Below, one piece after another: positions 1 to 9,300 of a stretch of DNA of 64,000 bases. The stretch's first letter is position 1, and every line of letters starts with the position of its first letter. The notes below the pieces were generated by a model. It searched no databases, was not told where the DNA came from, and was given only the letters and a program-made list of their open reading frames with translations. The position numbers and the translations under genes were made by a program. Source of the stretch: a virus; IMG/VR virus record IMGVR_UViG_3300035491_000193, positions 95,451-159,450 of that record. One strand, 5' to 3'.

Positions 1-1200
1 CTTGTAGCTTTCTGACTGATCCAGCATCCGCTGGTATTCCTTGGTGGTCAGTTGGCCGGCCTCGATATAACGCAGGCTTTCTCGCTTGATGCCGTTGTCA
101 ATAGTGATAGTGGTGTGTTTGACATCCTCCACCTCGACCTCATCGGTAGTCTGGACTATCTCAAAATCTTCCTCTTCGTCAAGGTCAACCTGCTCATCAA
201 ACGCTTCAATCTCCTCTTCAACCGAGCGATCGTCACCATCAGTAAGTTCAGGCGGATCGAATTCACCACTGTCTTCCAGCAGCTCGGTCTCGACGATCTC
301 GCCATCAGCATCCTCACGTACAGACACCGGTTGGGTGGACTTCACCTCTTCCGGTAATTGCTCCGTTGCTAGTTGGATGATGGACTTGTACAGACGCCGC
401 TGCATTTGGATAGGATCAATGCGTCCACCGGTGTCGCCTTTACGCCAGAAATCCAACTCACCCAAGTTCATGTTGATGAATCGATCATTGAACGACACGA
501 TCACGTTGATCCGCTTGAGTTGCTCTGCCGTGAGTTTACCCAACATGCCGCGGTCACGGTTAGGACCAAACCAAGTCCATAGTTCCAGGAAGAACAGTAC
601 GTTATCGTCACGCATACTGTCGAGGGTGTTGAGGTCGCGTCGCTTCTCCGCCTTACGCAACTTAGCAATGGACGGCAACTTGGTCGGAATGGTCAACAGT
701 AGGTAGTTCTGTCGTTGGAAAGTAGAGCTGTCGTGGCCCAGCTGGGTAACCACAGTTAGGAACAAGTTGTACCAGCGCTCATACCACGACATCAACGTTT
801 CGGGGTAACGATAAACCCGACGCAACGGAGCATAGTTCTCCACCATCATGACCCGATCGTCACGCTCCACCAATTTGGTATTGTGCATCATCCGCAGACG
901 TTTGTTGATCCGATGATATTGAATCACGTCGCGAGCAATGGCGGTCTCCACACGACGGGGTCGGCCGACAGTGCCATGTTCGGCCAGGTGCAGTACGTGG
1001 TTAACCTGAATCAGTTTTTCCGCCTTCTCCAAAATCGGGTGATTCTGCGGCGGGCCAATTTCAGACACCCCATCGGTCGGGATGTAGTGCAGAATACTAC
1101 CCCTGGGTAGTTCGAGCTTCGACAGTGATGCGATACGTGGATTGCCGAACTGTTCGACCCGAATCACTGAAAACTGTCGGTTAAAGTTGCGAAGTAACAT
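1..1200 (-). CDS. Virion RNA polymerase beta subunit, N-terminal part (PhiKZ gp178-like); 3' end lies outside the window
   Basis: ATG at 1200 with an upstream GGAAGGA RBS. The frame is open to position 1, so it is absent from the ORF track. Translation begins MLLRNFNRQFSVIRVEQFGNPRIASLSKLELPRGSILHY, resembling the N-terminus of PhiKZ-type vRNAP beta. It lies directly downstream of the beta-prime gene. Confidence 0.75.
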   Translation of the reverse strand, partial: MLLRNFNRQFSVIRVEQFGNPRIASLSKLELPRGSILHYIPTDGVSEIGPPQNHPILEKAEKLIQVNHVLHLAEHGTVGRPRRVETAIARDVIQYHRINKRLRMMHNTKLVERDDRVMMVENYAPLRRVYRYPETLMSWYERWYNLFLTVVTQLGHDSSTFQRQNYLLLTIPTKLPSIAKLRKAEKRRDLNTLDSMRDDNVLFFLELWTWFGPNRDRGMLGKLTAEQLKRINVIVSFNDRFINMNLGELDFWRKGDTGGRIDPIQMQRRLYKSIIQLATEQLPEEVKSTQPVSVREDADGEIVETELLEDSGEFDPPELTDGDDRSVEEEIEAFDEQVDLDEEEDFEIVQTTDEVEVEDVKHTTITIDNGIKRESLRYIEAGQLTTKEYQRMLDQSESYK

Positions 1201-1228
1201 TCTGTCCTTCCTTGCCTATCGGTAAGAA

Positions 1229-1402
1229 TTATTCAGGGTCAGCCAACAGGTTAAACATGGTACGTTCAATCAAGTCGGTGTTGACATCAATCTTTAGACG
1301 GTCACCATTCACCCAGAACGATGCCTTTTGCATTTGTTTGCGGTTTTCTTCCAGTGCTTCGTCGGTGTAGACGGAATCACCAGATCCAGTGTCACCATCG
1401 AA
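1229..1402 (-). CDS. vRNAP beta-prime subunit (PhiKZ gp180-like), exon 2 (57 aa, FDGDTGSGD...LADPE)
   Basis: Begins TTC GAT GGT GAC (FDGD) immediately after a G at 1403 and is in frame with exon 1. Joining the exons restores the catalytic motif GADFDGD. Confidence 0.9.
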   Translation of the reverse strand, partial: FDGDTGSGDSVYTDEALEENRKQMQKASFWVNGDRLKIDVNTDLIERTMFNLLADPE

Positions 1403-1871
1403 CGTGCATTCATGTCGGACGCAGCCCCGACACAGTTCTCGACAGTCGTTTCCCAACGACCCGAACTTCCCACCCATTACAGGTGGATACTAGACTATCT
1501 TATCACCCTCGGTGAGGGGCCTCCTATTTCGAACAGCCATTGGCTTGCTGCTCTACACCGCGCTACCGGTTAGTCGTTGAACTCGTCCCGTGGTCAATAG
1601 ACGTTAGGGAATCAGCTGCTGATTTAAGCATTGCATCGACCCTTAGCGCGAGGACTTCTCAGCCGTCGCTTGTTATGTGTTAGCGTAGGTCATTCCAACC
1701 CGTCTCCAAGGCGAGACGTTTGACTTTTTTCCGCCTTTCGGCTACAATCACGCTCGCCCTTTCGGACCACGTTGTTGTGTGTTGGACTTTAGCATCTTCC
1801 AGCAATTAAGGAGGTTACCAACTAGGAATTACTCCCCAGTGGGACTAGGGCATCTTTTACAGATACAGTTA
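1403..1871 (-). ncRNA. Self-splicing group I intron, 469 nt, with no internal ORF
   Basis: The 5' exon ends in U (GAU|) and the intron ends in G. Core motifs on the - strand: P AAUUGCUGGAAG (1796-1807), Q AAUCAGCAG (1616-1624), R GUUCAACGACUAA (1570-1582), S AAGAUAGUCUAG (1490-1501). R and S give the GACUA/UAGUC P7 pairing. Several GAAA-capped hairpins are present. Confidence 0.92.
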
Positions 1872-3308
1872 ATCAGCACCGAGTTCCACCAGGTTGCTCG
1901 GGTGTGGTGCCATAGAGGTAACAAATTCAGTTACGGTACGATCTGGGAAATCGATGGCCGGTTTTGTCTTTCGTGTTTCCCAGTCCGCATCCAGCTCCCA
2001 CTTCATCTTGGTTCTGGCAGTGGTGGTCAATCTTATAGTAGAGGAGTACGTACTGCCCTGACCAGTTACGGGGTAGCGGGTGACCATGGTGAAATAGTCA
2101 TTCCACTTATCGTAGCCGCTCAAATACAGCAACTCAGCGTACGTGATGCCGCTCACTTTCGAACGATCAAGTGTCTCCGGGAATTCCTGAATATCGTGAA
2201 ATACCCGGAACTGTTTACCATCATCGTAGATCAGGGCGATGTATCTGCCGTCAACCTTCAACGGTTGATGTTTGTCTTCTGTGTGGTGGAAGTCAGTGAT
2301 GAGCTTCTCCACCCCCTCGTCGGTGGTGTACAGGTCGTAGTCTTCCGGCGACACCATCACCATGTCGCGTTTTAGTGATTTCGGGTCGATAAGGTATAGT
2401 GCCCCGTTACCTGCGTCGACTGGTGGCAGGTAGCGAGTACGGACCGCGTGTATCGCCACCGGTAGCAACGACTTCATCCCCTGATACATCCCCATCAGGG
2501 TGTCGGTGGGACGAATCTCGTCTTCCCGGTCCATCACGGGACTAGAGGCATCCATGGAGGAGATCACGTTTCTCGTACCGTTAAAGATACGTCGTGAGGT
2601 CATCTTGCCACGAATGCCGCCCTTCTTACCATCCAGGTACTCGAAGAAGTACTTATAGATCTCACAAAACGTTTCCTGCAGACGCCACCGGGCGTTATCT
2701 AGCAGGGGGTTGTTTTTGTTACCGACATTGGGGATGGTTTTACTGACAGAGAGCAGTTTACGATACAACGGGTTGATGTCGTATTCTTGTTCTTGTCCGT
2801 CTGGCTTAACTTCCAAATCACGCAAGCCGGCTGGCATTACCAATACGTATCGGCCGAGTGCGATCGATCGGAATTTGTTAAGGAGGTTAATCGACTCCTT
2901 ACGGTCGTTGCTGGCGGTTTCCTTCGGTGTGAGGTCGTGAAATTTACTGATAAAGAAACTGTACCCTGTCCCCGCCCCCGCGTCGCCTGGGGCGGCCGGG
3001 TGGAAGTCCTTTTCTTTTTCGTCCCACACCGCGTACCGTTTCCCACTCATCACCTCTTTATACAGGCGCTTCAGTTCGAACAGCGTCAAGGCAATCGCCG
3101 GAGAGATAATGTCGATGTTAACATCGATGTACGAGTATGTCAGGTCGCGCTGCTCGCTACCTACAGGACCAAAAGTGGTGGTGGAGTAGAGACCTTCTGA
3201 ATGAAAGTTTTTCGTGGCACCTTCGAAGGTGTCGAGGGTGGTCACTGGCCGGAGTTTAGACACTACCGACTTATCCACATTGAGCAGATAAAACGTTAAC
3301 CAATCCAT
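1872..3308 (-). CDS. vRNAP beta-prime subunit (PhiKZ gp180-like), exon 1 (479 aa; spliced product 536 aa)
   Basis: Beta-prime-like motifs FGPVG, LVMPAGLRD, KKGGIRGK...RRIFNGTRNV and RYP; the ORF stops at ELGAD. The likely start is ATG 3308 (MDWLTF), because the longer ORF-track start overlaps the tape-measure gene. Confidence 0.9.
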
Positions 3309-3330
3309 ATTAATTTTTTCCGAGGTAGTT

Positions 3331-6300
3331 ATGGCAAAAAAAGAAGATTTGGAGCTCGACGATTGGGATCTCGACGATGAGTTAGATTTCGATGCGGACT
3401 TCGAGCCCCCGTCAATGGCGCCACCGTCCGGTCGCGAAGCCGTCATGTCCATCCCCGCCAAGGCGGTGACGAGTGCTGCCTCGACGATTGCTGGTGAGGG
3501 CAAACGTCGGAAGCTGATCCTGGACTCACTTCCCAAAGATTACACGGTGGCGGCGGATGCATATGATAACATCGCCAGCGAAGGCACCGCGGTGTATCGG
3601 GAGGCGAAGGATCAACTCCGTCAGACCAAGATAGAGCTGAAAAAGGCAGGGCGGGAAGCGCTGCCGATGCTCAAACAGTACCTGCCGGAATCGCTCACCA
3701 AGCGGGTAGAAAAATGGACCAAAGACGACAGCAGCACTGGCAACTATGCACATGTCGATGAGCGTCAAGCGGCAATTGATGCCGCACTTAGCGACACCTT
3801 CCAGGTCAAGTCAGAGGAGGCCCGTAAGGAAAAACTGAAAGAGCGGGCCGAGGATGAGCTGAAAGAGTCAGCAGACATCTTGCGGCAAAACCGTCTGCAT
3901 GAATCGCTGGCCGGCGTACATGCCAACACGGATGCAATGGTGGGGTACCAGACTGTCACCACCAACTACCGCAGGAAGATGCTGGAAATCAACTACCGGC
4001 AGTACTACGCCTTGACGGATCTGCTGGACATCACCAAATCCAGTATGGAGAAGCTGGTCCCGGCCTCAGAATCAATCGTACGCAACACCGCATTGCCTGA
4101 CTATGCCAAGGAAGAGTTCTTGGAAATTGGTCAAGCAATGCTGAAGCGGAAGATACTGTCTGCATTGTCGCCGGCTGAGTTTGCGAGATCCTACCTGTCG
4201 CAACTCGGCACTAATGCCCGCCGCGCCCTCAGTGATTTCGGCAGTGGTGTGCGGGACAACATCAGCATGGTGGGTGGTGTGGTCGGAATGATGGGGGATG
4301 ACTCGTCAGAAGACGATTCACATTTGTCACCTGCCCAGAAACGACTTAAGGCAGCACAAACCGGCGCTGGTATGGCTGGCGGCATGCTTGCCAGGAAATA
4401 TATCCAGCCACATATTCGCAAGATTCAGGAGAAGCTGCGCGAGCAGGGTGAGGGTAATGAAGCGCTGGCTAGCTTTGGTCGTCGCGCACGTTATAATCTC
4501 ACTAACTTGCCGGAGATCCTGAACACGTACGCCAAGGACAACAACTACGAGGGGCAGCATGGGTGGTTGGGGTCACTGGCTGCATTGCTTCAGGATATCA
4601 TGCCGTCGTACGACGGCGATACCGTGGGCGTCACTGACGTAACCGGGGAAGAGTTGGAACGCGCTGTGCCGTGGTCGCGGCGCAGTGACTTGACCCTGAA
4701 CGAAGTGTTACCTGGCTGGCTGTCCAAGATCCACGGTGCCCTGACTGGGGTGGATGAGCAATACGATCATACTACCAAGCAGTTCGTTTCAACTGACGTG
4801 ATTCGCAATCGTATCCGCGACACGGTAGGTGACCAGGAGACACGAGAGTACGTACGTCAAGAAATCGATCGGCTGGTCGACATCATCGATCCGGACAAGG
4901 AACTGTCTGCACAAGACCGTACAGTGCTGGGCCGGGTGTTGGATGAGAAGATCCGTAAAGTGGAGTCATTCGACGTTCGCGATTTGGCCAACAGCTACGA
5001 CGCGTACGGTAGCGCAGGTTATAACCATGACGTCATGGATCTGATGACCCACTTTGGTCAGATCGAGTACGACAAGCCGCATCAGGAGAAGCTCAACATT
5101 GAGATCTCCGACGAGTTGCGGCGCTTGCGGGAGTCGATTACGCCAGTACAAGCGGCCGTCGATGAGATGACCGGTTTGTACGGCCACAATGCCGTGGCTA
5201 ACTCCGGCGTGCTGGATCAAGATCTGTCGCTCAACAAGGCCATGGTGGACTCGTACAGTAATGTGGCGGACATTCACCCGGCATCGCCAGAAGCTCGCGC
5301 TCGGGTAGCTAAGGTGGTGGAAGAAGTCGGCAAGGTTATCCTGGACCCAACTGTCGAAGTCAATATCCGCGACGTCACCGCGGACGTGTACCAAGGTGTC
5401 AAGGACGCACTGTACCAGAGTGAGCCCAACCTGTACATGGTGCTCAAGGACGCCATGTTGGCCCACCGTCCGCCCAGTACCCCGCTGGCCAGCACCGTCG
5501 TGTCGGTAGCTCAACCCAAGACGGAGGAGGACCGGGACTACACTGCTGAGATCTACACAGGGGTCCGCGATGCACTGTACTATAGCGACCCGAACATGTA
5601 CAGTGTCCTATCTGACGTGTTATACGACAGAGACCGGCCTAATAACCTTTATACGGTGATCGCTACCGCATGTGGGGAATTAGCAAAGGGGAATGATCAA
5701 AGCGATCGTGGTGCGTTAGAGAGCGTTGTAGAACGTATTCATGCGCAACTGGTGGCCAACGACATTTCCCCACAGGTCGATGCTATCCTTGACCTGATCG
5801 AGCACATGGCTATTTCAGGTATCGGTACGTACGAACAACCAGAAGGTGAAAAACCTGGCTACTTTGGGAAGTTCGGACAGCACTTGAGGGGTACCAAGGA
5901 CAAAACCGTTGACAAGGTGGTGTCGGGTTATACTTGGGGCAGGGAGAAGTTAGGTAAAGGAAAAGACTGGCTTAAGAGTAAAATCGGCAGTCCGTTTAAG
6001 GCCATTGGTGCACTTAAGGATACAGTGACTGACACTGTAGGTTCAGCCTGGCGTGGTTTAACTGGCACTCGGGACATCTACGACGATCAGGGTAATGTCG
6101 TGTTGTCTGGTCGAATCCTCAAGATGGGTCAGTATTTTGATGCGGACGGGAAGGTTATCAAAACCCTTAAAGACATCAAGGGTGCGATTTATGATCGCGA
6201 TGGCAACATTGTACTGTCTGCCGAGGAGGTTCTTCGCAACGCCAGTAAGTATACCTACTACACCAAACAGGGTTGGCGCAAGCTGTCCGAGATGGTCGGT

Positions 6301-9300
6301 GGCGGTGTTGGTAGTGCGGCCAATCGGGTTGTCTCCATCCCTAAAAACGTAGCTCGGTTCCTTAAAGACCAGGGCGGCGGCGTCCTCAACAGTCTCCGCA
6401 CGTCAGGTGACATTTACGTGAAAGGGGAGGATGAGCCGCGTCTGAAACGCCACCTGATGCTGAAGGGGTTTTACTTCGACAAGAAGACCGGCAAAGTCAT
6501 CCGTGACGTAGACGATATCGGCGGTCCAGTTGTGACGGGGGAGGGGCATGAGGTTATCAGCGCCAGTGAGTTGGCAGATCCGAATTTCCAACTAGTGGAC
6601 GTGAACGGTGAACCCTTTAAGTCAGTGGTTAGTAAGGCGGTCGATAAAGTCGGCAGTGTCTATCGATTCGGGAAGCGGGCAGTTACTGGCGCTGTTGGTT
6701 TCGCGGCTGACTTGCTTGGTGCGGGCGCTGAAGGGATTCGTGGTTTCTTCAAAGGTTTCGTCACCACGGAGGATGTCAAAGGCATCAAGACAGTTCTGAC
6801 GGACATCTACGAGCTGCTTGACGAGCGCCTGCCGGGCGGTAGTGAGAAGTCCGAGCCGGAGGAGAAAGTTGCTGGCGATGCCGACGGCGACGGTGTTCGT
6901 GACAACAGTTTCCGGGACATCTTCCGCCGTCGTCGGGAGGCTCGGGCCGCCGCCGCTGAAAAGAACGAGGTACCCAATCGCCCGGAGGATGTCGATAAGA
7001 AATCGCCTCTCGGCAAAATACTGGGCGCATTGATGGGTGTTGGCGGCTTCGTGGCAGACAAGTTCATGGGTCTGATGGGTACTGCTTCTACATTCTTCGT
7101 GACCAAGGTGTTGGGCGGTCTTACCGACGGGTTTGGCAAGCTCGCTGCCAAGTTTGCTGGCTGGGTTGCTACAGCGATGGCTGGTAAGCAAGCCGCAGAT
7201 ACCGTAGGGGAGGTGCTGGACACTGCGGGAGACATCGACTTGGAACGGGAGGGTCGTAGGCGCGGAGGTCGTCGTGGCCGTATGCGTGATGGACTTCGCC
7301 GTGGCGGTAATGCAGCGAAGAACGCCGCTAAGCGCGCCACCTCCAAAGTGTCCGAAAAGATGGCCCAGCGTGCCGCCGCAAAGGCCGCCACACAAACCGC
7401 TTCCCGCGCGGCGGCCCAAACTGCCGCACGTCAGGCTGTTATACAGGGAGGTAGGATGGCGGCCACTGCCGGCGTGACTGCCGCCGCGTCAGGCATCTCG
7501 ATGGCTGGCGTAGGTAGTGCCGTCGCATCTGGTGCGGCCGCCGTGGGGTCGTTCTTGACCGCACCTGTGGTGTTGGGGGCCATCGCCGTAGGGGGGCTTG
7601 GTTACCTTGCGTACCGCATTGCGACAAGCGAGGACAATGGTCCGTTGGATCAGATTCGTTTTGCGCAATATGGTCTGGAGGATTACGACGATGCCAAACA
7701 TGACGAAGTTGCCAAGATCCGGTATTTAGAGGCAGAGGTCGGTAAGTACGTTGCTTACAATAAGGATGGGGTGGCTTCCATTCGTGGCTTTGCTGATGAA
7801 ACCGCCATTCAGGTGGCGGCTGGCTTTGGCGTTGACGTCGATAATGCAGAGGACTTGCAGGCATACGAAGATTGGTTCTACGGCCGCTTCTGTTCTGTCT
7901 ACCTGTTGTGGGCCAGTCGTCTTCGGCAGTTATCGCCATCATCGACCATGGGTGAATTGGAAAAGACCGTAACTGATGCCAAGATTCGTGCGGAGATGGC
8001 CCAACGAACACTGTTGCCCGAGACTCATCCAGTCTTCAACGTAATGGTGTCGCCGTTCGAGCCTGGTTGGTTTGGTCGGGATGACCTGCTGTCTGGCACT
8101 AAGGTACGCGGCATCCATTTGGACCTGCTCAGCGACTTGAAAAAGAAAGCTGAGAAAGCCAAAGACAAGGTTCTTGCGTCAGCCGAGAAGGACACGACCG
8201 TGGTCGCAATAAAGAGCCCTGCACCAACCGATTCAGGTTCAGGCAGTGTGGTAACGGTCAAGAAATCGGCGAACCCTAACCACGACACCGACAATAAAAA
8301 ATCCTCAACTGCCAGCGTCGATGAGATCATGTTGGATGCTGCCTCGGGCAACTTCCGCATGGGTATCATCGAACTGTCTGCCACTGAGGCGGTGCGGATG
8401 CGTGCATACGGCTTAACCAAACTGAAAACATCAAAGGTATTAACCTTGATGGCATTGGAGCTGGATGCACATGAGCACATCGTGATCAGTCGCGGCATTG
8501 CCAAATTTAAAGGAAGTGTGGAAGAGTTTGCAAAAGTCCACATGCCCGAGTTTGGCAGTAACTACGACGATGCCGAACAACAGACCGCATGGAGAGGGTG
8601 GTTCACGCACCGCTTCTTACCGATCTTGCTGAAATACCTATCTGTACTCAACATGCACGCGCCAAACGCGCGCCCGTTCGATATCGTTGAGTCGTCCACA
8701 ACCCCGTACCTTGCCGACGTGGCTAAATCGCTGACGTGGGCCAGGGTTGAAATAGGAGGTGAAAACGTTGGGGTGTGGTCTGTGATGTTTAACCCCTGGA
8801 ACGACAAAGACCCGATCAACACGGATCCGAAATCGACCCAGGGCAACATCGAGTTTCTGGAGAGCCGTAAGGCTGCAGCCGAACTGGCAGAGAAGACCAT
8901 CGATCCAAACCGGCCAACCGCACAAGTGCTGACCGCCGGCACTAACAACCGGCCACGCGCCGACAGCGGTAGTGGTACTGGACCGGTGGTCACTGCGGGG
9001 TCGGCTGACCAACAGCGGCAGCAGGTAAGTAGCGCCATCGACAACGCTTGGAATAACCGGCAGGTGGGTGGTCCAGGCGGTAACAGCGGCGGCCCTATCT
9101 CTAGTAGCGGTATTCCGATAGGAGATATATCTGACCCGGTAGATCCAAACGGTGCATATGCCAAGATCAAGCTGGCTTCGCATAGTCGCGGCGACGTGGC
9201 CAAGATGATCAGTGAGGTCTCCAAAGCGACAGGGATGGACGAGAACCTGATGTTGACAGTAGCCATGATGGAATCGTCATTGAATCCAAATGCAGGTGCG

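Noticed and set aside
86-706. 206-aa Ser-rich + strand ORF
   Set aside because: Antisense shadow of the acidic region of the vRNAP beta gene; no RBS, and its composition is explained by the opposite strand.
1229-1477. 82-aa ORF as an independent gene
   Set aside because: Its first 25 codons are intron sequence; the remainder is exon 2 of the beta-prime gene.
3309-3536. N-terminal extension of beta-prime given in the ORF track
   Set aside because: It overlaps the tape-measure gene on the opposite strand and is low-complexity; ATG 3308 is more plausible.
9121-9136. GGTCAGATATATCTCC on the - strand resembling the promoter motif
   Set aside because: Inside the tape-measure CDS, lacks one AT unit and the CATC end, and has no downstream - strand gene start nearby.
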